Of a DNA stretch of 36,331 bases, positions 27,972 through 36,331 are shown piece by piece. This stretch comes from a virus. Taxonomy: Duplodnaviria > Caudoviricetes. The translations under genes were made by a program, and so were the position numbers. Location of the stretch: IMG/VR virus record IMGVR_UViG_3300030372_000875, positions 1 through 36,331 of that record; one strand, written 5' to 3'. Numbering within the stretch: position 1 is the first letter of the stretch; every line of letters begins with the position of its first letter. Below the pieces are notes generated by a model. That model had not been told where the DNA came from, did not search any database, and saw only the letters and a program-made list of their open reading frames with translations.

Positions 27972-28080
27972 AAAATTTAGGGATTTTTAAAAAAAAGATT
28001 GCATAGGTGCGATCTAAGAAGGTTTTAAGGATGTCTATATGTTATACTATAAGAAACATCGTTTTCTTCTGTATGAGCTT

Positions 28081-28329
28081 CTATTCTCTTCCTGCAGCGT
28101 TTGGTGTATTTTTACCTTCTAAATTAGTATTAAAACCAATTACCTTATTTTGAGGGCTACACCACTCTAATACCCAACAGTTAAACTCTATATCATGGTA
28201 GGGTTTTTCTAGTCGCACACCAAAATCCCAATACAATTCTTTGTGCCTAGCCATAGCCTGGTCTTTAGCTTTAAAAAATTCTTGTTTATTTTTTGCCAAC
28301 GTATAATCCAAACCATGCTGCACCTGCAC
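28081..28329 (-). CDS. Hypothetical protein (start may be the TTG at 28299)
   Basis: Last ORF of the minus-strand operon. Overlaps the upstream gene's 3' end. Confidence 0.5.
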   Translation of the reverse strand: MQVQHGLDYTLAKNKQEFFKAKDQAMARHKELYWDFGVRLEKPYHDIEFNCWVLEWCSPQNKVIGFNTNLEGKNTPNAAGRE

Positions 28330-28525
28330 CTACTATAACTGACACAAATGCTGATTGAGAATTTGTAGGATCAGGCAATGACATAAACCACATACAAGTT
28401 CTATAAAACATAACACCATATAATGTTATTAATATTCGTGGAAACACTCTCCACTTATCAAAGCCTTCAGCATTGTTATACCAAGACTTCTTTTCTACTT
28501 CTACTATTTTAATTTCTTCTGACAT
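28286..28525 (-). CDS. Two-TM membrane protein (holin-like)
   Basis: FDKWRVFPRILI..WFM..PT..QSAFVSVIVGAGAAWFGLY, two TM helices. AAGGAG RBS. Confidence 0.65.
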   Translation of the reverse strand: MSEEIKIVEVEKKSWYNNAEGFDKWRVFPRILITLYGVMFYRTCMWFMSLPDPTNSQSAFVSVIVGAGAAWFGLYVGKK

Positions 28526-28529
28526 ATTA

Positions 28530-29207
28530 TTACTCCTTTTTAACTACATCTAAACTTATATTCATACTAAAAGATCTTCGTTCTCCATCTCCTTTAAAAG
28601 GATATACAGTATGTAATAAGTAACTAGGGAATATTATAAAGTCCCCTACATGTGGTTTAATTCTCATGCTACCTTGATGCCACATGTTATTACCTTCATG
28701 TATTAACTCTATGTTACCATGCGATGGGAAATGTTTTTTCTTTTCTTTCTCTTCTTCAACAGAAAAATCAGGAACTTGTAAATATCCTACACAAGATATC
28801 TGACACTCGGTGTGAACATGTGCAGGATTATATTCTCCTGCAAATTGCCTAACTATCCATGCACCATTATAGTATACATTAATTGCACTATCGTCATTAA
28901 GTTTTTGATTTCGTCTTTGTAGATGAAATTGATAATACGCACCAAAAGCAGAGTTAAAGAAAGGAGAAATTTTTTCTATCTGCTTTTGATCTATTCTAAA
29001 TTCTTGAGATACCTTACCAACTAAATGCTCTGAGTGGTCTAGCTTTTTAGCCCTGCCTTTATCTAACTTTAAATCCACATACTTATTCAAGGATTTTATT
29101 ATTTTATTAGGCATCCTTGAATACACAATATGTGGTCCGAAAGGGGTAAGCATAGCATGTCCTTCAGGTAGTGCTGTAAACTCTACAGGTTTTCTTATCT
29201 CTACCAT
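28530..29207 (-). CDS. Putative 2OG-Fe(II) oxygenase
   Basis: NPAHVH...GDFIIFPSYLLHTVYPF...ERRSFSMN, i.e. HxH...H ligands plus RxS. Likely start is the ATG at 29207 after AAGGA; the track's 29288 start overlaps the holin. Confidence 0.85.
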   Translation of the reverse strand: MVEIRKPVEFTALPEGHAMLTPFGPHIVYSRMPNKIIKSLNKYVDLKLDKGRAKKLDHSEHLVGKVSQEFRIDQKQIEKISPFFNSAFGAYYQFHLQRRNQKLNDDSAINVYYNGAWIVRQFAGEYNPAHVHTECQISCVGYLQVPDFSVEEEKEKKKHFPSHGNIELIHEGNNMWHQGSMRIKPHVGDFIIFPSYLLHTVYPFKGDGERRSFSMNISLDVVKKE

Positions 29208-29208
29208 A

Positions 29209-29670
29209 CTATTTATTCCTTGCTTTAAATAAGCGATTCCCAAACCAGAAGCTAATGATAGCGGCAAAAATGGTCTGACTTTCCTCATCCCAAGCAGCTA
29301 ATATAGCAGGTAGTAAGTCTTCTCCACCTTGTGTAGCTAAGATTACATAAGTAATTTTAACAAATGCAAATATACTAAAGAAAGCATATGTTATAACTGG
29401 TCGCACCGATGCTTGTAGAGCAGATACAAATGTAGATTTGTTTGCTTGAGCCAATGACTCAGCATGTTTATACAAACCTTTTACTTCTTCTATGTCTGCT
29501 TCTGCATCCAATTCTTTTAATTTTAGTTTGCTTAATTCAGAAGCGTATTTAGCTTTCGCTTCCAACATAAGTAGTTCTTGTTTATTAGCTTGTTTCTTTT
29601 CAAAGAATCCGAGGACACTGGGGAGAAAAGAAGTTCCGAAGCCGAGAACTGAGCCGAGTAACGACAGCAC
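29209..29670 (-). CDS. Holin (3TM / GTA-holin-like)
   Basis: Amphipathic N-terminus, coiled coil, and SVRPVITY and IISFWFGNR motifs. Confidence 0.75.
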   Translation of the reverse strand: MLSLLGSVLGFGTSFLPSVLGFFEKKQANKQELLMLEAKAKYASELSKLKLKELDAEADIEEVKGLYKHAESLAQANKSTFVSALQASVRPVITYAFFSIFAFVKITYVILATQGGEDLLPAILAAWDEESQTIFAAIISFWFGNRLFKARNK

Positions 29671-29876
29671 TATTTAGTCTCCTTAGTATTTTCATCAAGC
29701 TGAACAGCAGGTAACGATCTTATTTTTTCCATCACTTGGAAAACAGATTTGTAATTAAGTTGGCCTAATATATTTACCACTTCATTAAGTAACTCAAGAC
29801 TAATTACATAATTTTGTGGTACATTTTCTTCCACTACTTCTTGTGCTTCTTCTACTTTTTCTTTTTTATCTGACAT
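29670..29876 (-). CDS. Hypothetical protein
   Basis: 68 aa, AGGAG RBS, operon-packed. Confidence 0.7.
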   Translation of the reverse strand: MSDKKEKVEEAQEVVEENVPQNYVISLELLNEVVNILGQLNYKSVFQVMEKIRSLPAVQLDENTKETK

Positions 29877-29885
29877 ATTATTCTC

Positions 29886-30104
29886 CTATGTTAATTCAAA
29901 GTCAAAATCTAATTGAGGTAACTCTTCTTCTTCTCCGTCATTGACTACCTCTAACCTATCAAAGACGAATCCTGATGCACGCAGTGCAGCTTCTATATGA
30001 TAGATAGCTTCATCCAAATGAACGGATTCAAAATTATACTCTGAATCAAAATCATATGGAGTACTGCTTACATAACTAGTTCTAATTGAAAATTTTACTG
30101 ACAT
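29886..30104 (-). CDS. Hypothetical acidic protein
   Basis: 72 aa, TAATG coupling to the RNR, LRASGFVF motif. Confidence 0.7.
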   Translation of the reverse strand: MSVKFSIRTSYVSSTPYDFDSEYNFESVHLDEAIYHIEAALRASGFVFDRLEVVNDGEEEELPQLDFDFELT

Positions 30105-32032
30105 TATGTTATATCAACAATCTCACATGCGTCTGCTGTGCATGCTAATTCTTGACCTCCTTTTGTATTATCTTCAACTTCATAGTCAGACAATAAAGAC
30201 CAATCAATATTGTCAGGCATAGTCTTTGCTAAAGATAAATAATCTTTTTTGTTACACTCCTGGTAAGGAGCTTGTTTATATGTGTGATCTGAATGCGGAA
30301 GGAAAGATATACCTGCCACATCATCAAAGTTATTATATACCCATGCACCCACATCTAACCACTCATCTTCTTTAACGGTGATAGTTACAGAAGGCTTATG
30401 CTCACACCAATTTTTTTGATATAATAACCACAAATCTAATTGAGCAAGAGCAGATGTATCATTACGAGTTACAGCTTTTTCAGGTGATTCTACAGGGAAG
30501 CTAAACACTGCAGTATTATCTGGTTGCATCACATCATCTTCACAAGGTATGTTCTGATCAATTAAGAATTGTGTTAGAGGATCTTTCTTGTCCCCTCTTA
30601 CTGTTCTTATATAATAATTAGAATGCCTTGCATGGATTCCAGAAGCTGAGTTGACTAGTTGTGATACAGTGCCTGAAGGTTTTACGCAAGTGATAGCTGT
30701 TGATTGTTCAATGCCAAGTGCATCTGATAAACCTAAGTTTGTATCGACTGCAACTTGACGTAGTTCTTGTAATCTTTTTTCTAAGCCTGTATCTGTTGCA
30801 TCATTAAGTAACTCACTATCCATAATACCTGTGAGAGATACACCAAGAAGTCTTTCTTGTTCTGTATTGTCTCTCCAAATCTTTCTTAAATATTTTAAAT
30901 CTGTAAGGGTAGATTGAAATGTGCCAAGTATAGTAGCATACTCTACTTTCTTTTTAAGTGAGGCAAGAGTATCGTCAGACCGAACAACAACTTCTGTTAA
31001 GTTACAGAACTGATATGGCCTTAATATAATTTCACTACAAGGATTAGTTCCAAACTCATGTTCGGTATCTCGTCTACCATTTTCTAAAGACTTACTAACA
31101 GCAGATTGTCTATTGTATATACCACGTTCTCCAGACTTAGAGTTATATAAGTTCAACCATTCTCTTATAAAAATACCAATAGGTGGTTTCTCTTTATAGC
31201 AAACAGAATTATTAGCTAGTGCTCTTTGTCCTTGTGTATTCCACCACTCTCCTGATTTAGCTAGTGACATTTCTTGATCATTTAAATCAGATAAACTAAT
31301 TAATGCAGATCGTCTTACACCACCTACTACCACAACAGAGCCAATTTTACACATGATATCATGGCATTCAATAGGTTTCAATTTTCTACCTACTGCATTT
31401 TTAAATATGCCTACAGTAAACTGAAACAAATCATCTAATGGATCAGGTCCAGAAGATCTACCACCAAATGTTTTAAGCCTAGCTCCTGCAGGTCGTAACT
31501 TAGATAAGTCCCAGGTAGGTATCGTGCCTGCATAAAGTAAATGTATAAGTTCTCTATATGCTTTTGCCCATCCTGTTTTACTATCACCTACAATTATTGT
31601 TGTATCGCTTTCAATAAGTTTTTCATTAACTATAGGTAGCTGTTTAGTGTATTTACTTTCGACAGAAAAACCTACACCTGTGCCACACATCAAGATATAT
31701 AAACACTCATCAAAGGATCGTATGTTGTCAACAGGAAGGTAAGAACAATTATATCCTGCAACATGACATCTTTCTAATGCTATGCCTGCTGTCATTAAAG
31801 CTCTCATAGATGGCATAATCTCTAAGTTTAACACAGCATTTTGTAATTTAGTTCTAAGTTCTGTGCTTAATTTGTAATTATATTTCTTATTTAAATGTGT
31901 TTCCATATAATTAAAATATCTATCAACTGTTTCATTCCATGTTTCTCTACGATTATATTCATCAACCCATCTAGCGTATCTAGATATGTGAATAAAACTT
32001 TGATAGTCTGTTGGTAATTTTATTTCATTCAT
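30104..32032 (-). CDS. nrdJ: Class II (adenosylcobalamin-dependent) ribonucleotide reductase, monomeric RTPR-like
   Basis: MPSMRALM, YNCSY, GTNPCSEI and TCVKPSGTVSQL motifs, with C-terminal CTADAC redox cysteines. No adjacent small subunit. Confidence 0.92.
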   Translation of the reverse strand: MNEIKLPTDYQSFIHISRYARWVDEYNRRETWNETVDRYFNYMETHLNKKYNYKLSTELRTKLQNAVLNLEIMPSMRALMTAGIALERCHVAGYNCSYLPVDNIRSFDECLYILMCGTGVGFSVESKYTKQLPIVNEKLIESDTTIIVGDSKTGWAKAYRELIHLLYAGTIPTWDLSKLRPAGARLKTFGGRSSGPDPLDDLFQFTVGIFKNAVGRKLKPIECHDIMCKIGSVVVVGGVRRSALISLSDLNDQEMSLAKSGEWWNTQGQRALANNSVCYKEKPPIGIFIREWLNLYNSKSGERGIYNRQSAVSKSLENGRRDTEHEFGTNPCSEIILRPYQFCNLTEVVVRSDDTLASLKKKVEYATILGTFQSTLTDLKYLRKIWRDNTEQERLLGVSLTGIMDSELLNDATDTGLEKRLQELRQVAVDTNLGLSDALGIEQSTAITCVKPSGTVSQLVNSASGIHARHSNYYIRTVRGDKKDPLTQFLIDQNIPCEDDVMQPDNTAVFSFPVESPEKAVTRNDTSALAQLDLWLLYQKNWCEHKPSVTITVKEDEWLDVGAWVYNNFDDVAGISFLPHSDHTYKQAPYQECNKKDYLSLAKTMPDNIDWSLLSDYEVEDNTKGGQELACTADACEIVDIT

Positions 32033-32268
32033 CTTCTTTCTCTTCTTTTCTTGTTGTTAAAATAGGCGGAGTTAAAACCTCGTTCCCACTCCTTATGCCT
32101 TATGTTGTTTACATTGTAAGGGTTTTTTAATTTACCATTATAGAAGGCTCTTTGTCCCTCTTCAAATTGTATCTTTAAAGGAGGCCATTGACCTCTTCGT
32201 TTGAATCTTTTGGATTTGTATCCCTTCGATGTCGTAGAATGCGTCTGTGACGATCTGTTCCAATTCAT
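32029..32268 (-). CDS. Small basic phage protein (ribosome-modulation-factor-like motif)
   Basis: FEEGQRAF..NPY..EWERGFN pattern. ATGA coupling to the RNR. Start uncertain. Confidence 0.6.
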   Translation of the reverse strand: MNWNRSSQTHSTTSKGYKSKRFKRRGQWPPLKIQFEEGQRAFYNGKLKNPYNVNNIRHKEWERGFNSAYFNNKKRRERR

Positions 32269-32344
32269 TTGCTATTTCTCCATCAACTGGTATAGGATAC
32301 TCTTCAGTGTCCAGGGTTAGACTCACTGTTAGAATTATCTGCAT
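32162..32344 (-). CDS. Small acidic hypothetical protein
   Basis: 60 aa, LDTEEYPIPVDG..FYDIEG. AAGGT RBS-like sequence upstream. Confidence 0.6.
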   Translation of the reverse strand: MQIILTVSLTLDTEEYPIPVDGEIANELEQIVTDAFYDIEGIQIQKIQTKRSMASFKDTI

Positions 32345-32573
32345 CTGCTACCTTTTGTATTAACTTATCTAGATACCAACGTGCTTTTAATAGGTCTTCT
32401 AAAGCACGATCTTTATATGTGTATCGCCAGATGTATTTGAGCATAGCACCTTTTAAATACCCACGAAATTCTTTACTAGACATAGACGCTTCGATAGCAT
32501 CTATAGCTTCTATATTTCCTGCCTTGTAGTGTGAGGGTTCATTGACAACATCTTCATTCTTTTTAGTCATCAT
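32304..32573 (-). CDS. DUF3310 family protein (T7 gp1.7-like nucleotide kinase)
   Basis: DVVNEPSHY..IEAIDAI..KYIWRY..EDLLKARWYL signature. Confidence 0.88.
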   Translation of the reverse strand: MMTKKNEDVVNEPSHYKAGNIEAIDAIEASMSSKEFRGYLKGAMLKYIWRYTYKDRALEDLLKARWYLDKLIQKVADADNSNSESNPGH

Positions 32574-32883
32574 TATTCCTGTCTAAATATATTATGTTAT
32601 CTTTTTTCTTAACTTTTCTGCGCTTGTCTTTAAAATCTCCTTCAAGGATTCTATAAAAAACACCTGAATAAAAAAGAATGTCATCATTATTAGCAGCATA
32701 ACTGAAGCCAACCATTGCACGACATAACTCAGACAGTGCAATAGCAGCTTTTTCATCCGTAAAATGTTTCTTTGAAAAATGTACATTTGTTTCATGTATC
32801 CACTCATCATCCTTGTCTAGCCTGGGTGTAACTACAATGACCACATCATCTTCATTAACTTCAACTTTTCTTTTCTTCGACAT
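32563..32883 (-). CDS. Hypothetical protein
   Basis: 106 aa, overlaps both neighbours in the operon. Confidence 0.65.
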   Translation of the reverse strand: MSKKRKVEVNEDDVVIVVTPRLDKDDEWIHETNVHFSKKHFTDEKAAIALSELCRAMVGFSYAANNDDILFYSGVFYRILEGDFKDKRRKVKKKDNIIYLDRNNDD

Positions 32884-33724
32884 TACTCTTGTCCTCTGTA
32901 TGTGTATAATAAAGCCATCTAGGTTCTCTTGCAGAAGATATTGGTTGAGGTTTATATTCTAATCCTTCCCAACAACTAAATTTAAAATCACACCAGGAAC
33001 AAGCTTCACCTAATATTCTATTGCCTGTTTCTTTTTTACGAAAGGTTTCAGGCTCATCTTCAAAACATCTTTCAAATGGTTTATTGTCTTCTAGTGCTTT
33101 TACTTTTACAAAAGCATCATCAACTGATTGTTGTACTTCTTCATCAGAAGACTCATCTTCTAGGTATGCAACTTCACCACTTGATTTATTAACTGCCCAC
33201 CAACCACCAACTTCTTTCTTAGATCCAAAAGCATATAGATGTAGTTGAGTTAGATAGCCAAAGGTGTCGTGGCTTTTCATACCTTTAAAGTTTAAAAACT
33301 TATTACGATATGCCCAAGGGCTACAGGATTTAATATCATCTACTCTATCATCAGTATATAAATCAGTTTCACCAGAGATGTCATCAGTTATATTAAACCT
33401 ACTACCCTCTTCATATTTAATATCGCAAGAAGATAATACAGCTTTTAGTATTGCTTCTACTGCGTCTCCAAAAGTAACAATCATTTTGAAACTGTAGTTC
33501 TTGTCTGCTTTTCTAGCACCTGCAGCTTCCATTTGTAACTGACACAGTGGCCTACCTAAGTTAGAAGGTCGTGCTTTAAACTTATAGTCGTGTGATTGAA
33601 ACTGTTTTCTAAGGGCTTGCTTAAAGTCTTCGCCTGCTTTGTTTATAACTTCTTCAGACATAGAAGACTCACCCCTGTTAGCTGATTCTAGGTAAGCTAT
33701 AACCTTTGCTAAATTTTCGTTCAT
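32861..33724 (-). CDS. PD-(D/E)XK exonuclease (Cas4/AddB-like, probable Fe-S)
   Basis: PSNLGRPLC, GETD...DDIKS, QLHLY and C-terminal CSWC....C motifs. Confidence 0.85.
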   Translation of the reverse strand: MNENLAKVIAYLESANRGESSMSEEVINKAGEDFKQALRKQFQSHDYKFKARPSNLGRPLCQLQMEAAGARKADKNYSFKMIVTFGDAVEAILKAVLSSCDIKYEEGSRFNITDDISGETDLYTDDRVDDIKSCSPWAYRNKFLNFKGMKSHDTFGYLTQLHLYAFGSKKEVGGWWAVNKSSGEVAYLEDESSDEEVQQSVDDAFVKVKALEDNKPFERCFEDEPETFRKKETGNRILGEACSWCDFKFSCWEGLEYKPQPISSAREPRWLYYTHTEDKSNVEEKKS

Positions 33725-34605
33725 TATTCAGGCAGTGCTTCAACATCAATAAAATCAGAGTCACCTACACCACCAACATCTTTAGCATATCTTTTTTGTT
33801 CATATGCTTTAGCACGAATAGATTCATTATACGCTTGTATATGTTCTCCAAATGCTTTGTTGACCTCTAAGTATTCAGGTTTAATTTCTGTTTGCTCACC
33901 TAAAATTGTAGGACTAATTGTATACCAACTAATCGCAGGTGTTTGTTCAAAATTAAAATTAAGTTTAAGCAATTGTTTCCAAGGCAGAACTTTATCTTTA
34001 ATCATTTGACTTGTAATCTGACCAAAGTTTCTAAATGTATCTTTGTTAGATATCTGGAATATAACAGGTAGATCTTCAAAAGACACCTTATCTTTTTTAC
34101 CTTCAGCAAAAGCATCTTTGACTGTAAGTAATCCAAAGATAACTCTATATCTTTTAGCAGCTCGCCACTCATTCTTTCTTTCTTCTGAAAGACTATCCCA
34201 ATCATCTACTTTAAATTTACCACAGTTCACACCGCCTTGTTCATCAAGTGCTTCATCGTATGGATTACTAACATAGATAGATTTATTTACATATCTACCT
34301 TTCTGGTCGTTACCATCTTTGTCCTGCCATGTAGCATTCTCATCATACTTCTGATAAAAGAAACGCTGTTGTAGTATGCGTAAAGAAGCATCGTCTGCAT
34401 ATATAATCCCATGTTCAGGATGTGCTACTTTAACTGTGCCATCAGGAACTTTCTGTCCTGCATTGTTACGTGCTTTACTATTTATTGTTAGCCTTGGGAA
34501 ACCAGGTGTACTTGCTACACCCTCGTCATTAAAACCAAACTCGGCTGCGATTTGATCAATTGGTAAGTTGTCTATGTCTTTGATTGTTAGTGCATTCTCT
34601 GTCAT
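33724..34605 (-). CDS. Putative ssDNA-binding/annealing protein
   Basis: Lies between the polymerase and the exonuclease. FPRLTI motif, acidic C-terminal tail, AGGAG RBS. Confidence 0.6.
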   Translation of the reverse strand: MTENALTIKDIDNLPIDQIAAEFGFNDEGVASTPGFPRLTINSKARNNAGQKVPDGTVKVAHPEHGIIYADDASLRILQQRFFYQKYDENATWQDKDGNDQKGRYVNKSIYVSNPYDEALDEQGGVNCGKFKVDDWDSLSEERKNEWRAAKRYRVIFGLLTVKDAFAEGKKDKVSFEDLPVIFQISNKDTFRNFGQITSQMIKDKVLPWKQLLKLNFNFEQTPAISWYTISPTILGEQTEIKPEYLEVNKAFGEHIQAYNESIRAKAYEQKRYAKDVGGVGDSDFIDVEALPE

Positions 34606-36331
34606 GCAATTCTCCTATAATATTATCTTCTGTTATATTCAGGTTCGTTTGATTGTCAACAGATATTTCATCCATATCTAACCAATCATCACCTATTTTT
34701 AATTCAACTTCCATGGGTACATCTAAGTTTAAATCAAACTTATCTTTGAGTTCTCTTACCACACCCATCATATCATTATATAATGTAGTGCAAACAAGAT
34801 CTATCTCATCTGGATGTACATCAACAACAATACTATCATGTACTGTGTTTATAAATTTACTCTTTAGATTCAATTGTTTAAGTGATCTATGAAAAAGCAC
34901 ACAAGCTAAAGGTACGATGTCAGCAGTTGCTCCACTTTGTACAGGATAGTTCTTTATCTTAGTTGCATCTGTTGCACCATTACGTAGTCTTTGTACATTA
35001 GGAAATGCAAATTGTCTGCCTGTTACAGTAGTAATATACTTCTTTGCTATAGCTTCCTCTTGTAACTCTTTGTGCCATGAGGATATACCTTGATACTTAT
35101 CCATAAAAGAATTGTTATACTGAACTTCTGCAGCAGATCCTTTTGTGCCACCATAGAGTGGTCTAAATGTTCTAGCTTTTGCATCCTGCCTACTTGTTGT
35201 TTGTCCAGACTCAGTTAAAACTTTAGCAGTATATGCATGCACATCAAAGCCTTCTTCAATTTCTTTTCTACCTACAGCATCATCACTCATCCATACAGCT
35301 ACTCTAAATTCAAGTTGGCCATAATCAGCTTCTAATATTTTACCACCGGGAAAACGAGATACAACAGCACGCCTTACTAAAGCTGTGCTACCTCGTGGTA
35401 AGTTCTGGAAGTTAGGTCTTGATGAAGATAATCTACCTGTGCCTGTTCGTACCTGAGATAGTTGTGGATGTAGTATAGTGTTGATTACATTCTTACGAAT
35501 GCCTTTACAAAAAGAATTAATGTAAGTGTCAAGTGCATTTATCCTTTGCATGTTACTTAAAAATGTATGTGCTACATCTAAGTTATTCTGTTTAGCAATG
35601 GTAGCTAGACCACCTAGTGTGGTTTTATCTGTTGCGAAACCATGTGCTGTCACTTGTTGTATATGTGTTGGTGTAAATTTAAAGCCTGCTATGCTCTTGG
35701 TGGCATCATAAAGATAACCAGTGCCAAGGCAATGCTTACACATAGGCTGTACTTTATAAGGAGTTCCATCTTTTTTTATCTTGTGCTGCTTCCCTGTTCC
35801 TTTACAGTTAGGGCATTGGCGAACTGTAGTTTGACTGACAATAGTAGTTTGTCTTTTTATATTACGATCAAACTCTATCTTAGACATGCGTGGTCTATAC
35901 TTCTTTTTACCACTAGAGGTAGTGCCGATATTAAATGTGCGTGCCCACTCCTCTTTATTATTAACTCTTCTAGACCATATGATTTCTGATAACTGTTCAG
36001 GTGAAGCTAAGTTGTATGGCCTATCACCCATGACAGCTTTAATAATCTTTGTATTCTGTATAGCTTTTTCTTTTCTTTCTTCTTCATAATCTTTTTGAAC
36101 TTTGTTTAATGTTTCTATATCTATTGCATTACCATTTCTTTCAATGTCAATAAGAACATCTGTCATATCATTTGATAACTCAATAACATTTTTTAAGCTG
36201 AGATAATCTTCTTCTTTCAACAGGTTATACTGTGTTTCATACAGTTCTCCACAAGATATGATGTCATATATATTATACTCTTCCACAATATCTTTTGGCA
36301 TAGCCTCAAATCCTATACCTTTTTTAAAGTA
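34556..36331 (-). CDS. polA: Family A DNA polymerase with a DnaJ-like zinc-finger insertion (5' partial)
   Basis: TGRLSS..PNFQN, motif A EADYGQLEFR, motif B AKARTFRPLYG, motif C VHDS. The frame is open to the window edge (YFKKGIGFEAM...). Confidence 0.95.
   Translation of the reverse strand, partial: YFKKGIGFEAMPKDIVEEYNIYDIISCGELYETQYNLLKEEDYLSLKNVIELSNDMTDVLIDIERNGNAIDIETLNKVQKDYEEERKEKAIQNTKIIKAVMGDRPYNLASPEQLSEIIWSRRVNNKEEWARTFNIGTTSSGKKKYRPRMSKIEFDRNIKRQTTIVSQTTVRQCPNCKGTGKQHKIKKDGTPYKVQPMCKHCLGTGYLYDATKSIAGFKFTPTHIQQVTAHGFATDKTTLGGLATIAKQNNLDVAHTFLSNMQRINALDTYINSFCKGIRKNVINTILHPQLSQVRTGTGRLSSSRPNFQNLPRGSTALVRRAVVSRFPGGKILEADYGQLEFRVAVWMSDDAVGRKEIEEGFDVHAYTAKVLTESGQTTSRQDAKARTFRPLYGGTKGSAAEVQYNNSFMDKYQGISSWHKELQEEAIAKKYITTVTGRQFAFPNVQRLRNGATDATKIKNYPVQSGATADIVPLACVLFHRSLKQLNLKSKFINTVHDSIVVDVHPDEIDLVCTTLYNDMMGVVRELKDKFDLNLDVPMEVELKIGDDWLDMDEISVDNQTNLNITEDNIIGELHDRECTNNQRHRQLTN

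Noticed and set aside
32592-32810. Alternative-frame minus-strand 72-aa ORF
   Set aside because: Nested in the 106-aa ORF that fits the operon packing. No RBS or recognisable motif.
32861-33724. Cas4-like nuclease as evidence of a CRISPR-Cas system
   Set aside because: No array or other cas genes. Such nucleases are routine in phage replication modules.
33021-36089. Plus-strand ORFs within the replication arm
   Set aside because: Antisense to the clearly conserved nuclease, SSB and polymerase genes.
1-36331. Alternative genetic code, tRNA genes, introns or inteins
   Set aside because: Long ORFs tile the window under the standard code with TAA, TAG and TGA all used as stops. No cloverleaf seen. 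RNR and PolA motifs are contiguous at normal lengths.

Overview
A 36-kb, AT-rich fragment of a tailed dsDNA phage with podovirus-type architecture. It is most likely a marine HMO-2011-type phage, because the PolA carries a DnaJ-like CxxCxGxG insertion and the window also holds a class II RNR and a matching capsid/scaffold gene order. This assignment comes from recalled family features, not a database search. The window has two convergent arms. The + arm (1-27971) encodes a large virion-associated protein, scaffold, major capsid, capsid decoration protein, tail adaptor and nozzle, a 2045-aa tail fibre, internal/ejection proteins, and then an unexplained cluster of secreted/membrane proteins. 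The - arm (28081-36331) encodes DNA polymerase A (truncated by the window edge), an SSB-like protein, a PD-(D/E)XK nuclease, DUF3310, a B12-dependent RNR, a holin and a 2OG-Fe(II) oxygenase. Three observations stand out. (1) A CC/(C)YAC internal-loop RNA motif occurs five times in structured leaders of the scaffold and capsid genes, a candidate head-assembly translational control system. (2) A phage-encoded cell-envelope module combines an N/T-rich secreted protein, a NIDO-like acidic secreted protein and membrane peptides. (3) Several hidden protein-level patterns appear in the ejection and tail proteins. No tRNA, CRISPR array, integrase or reverse transcriptase was seen.
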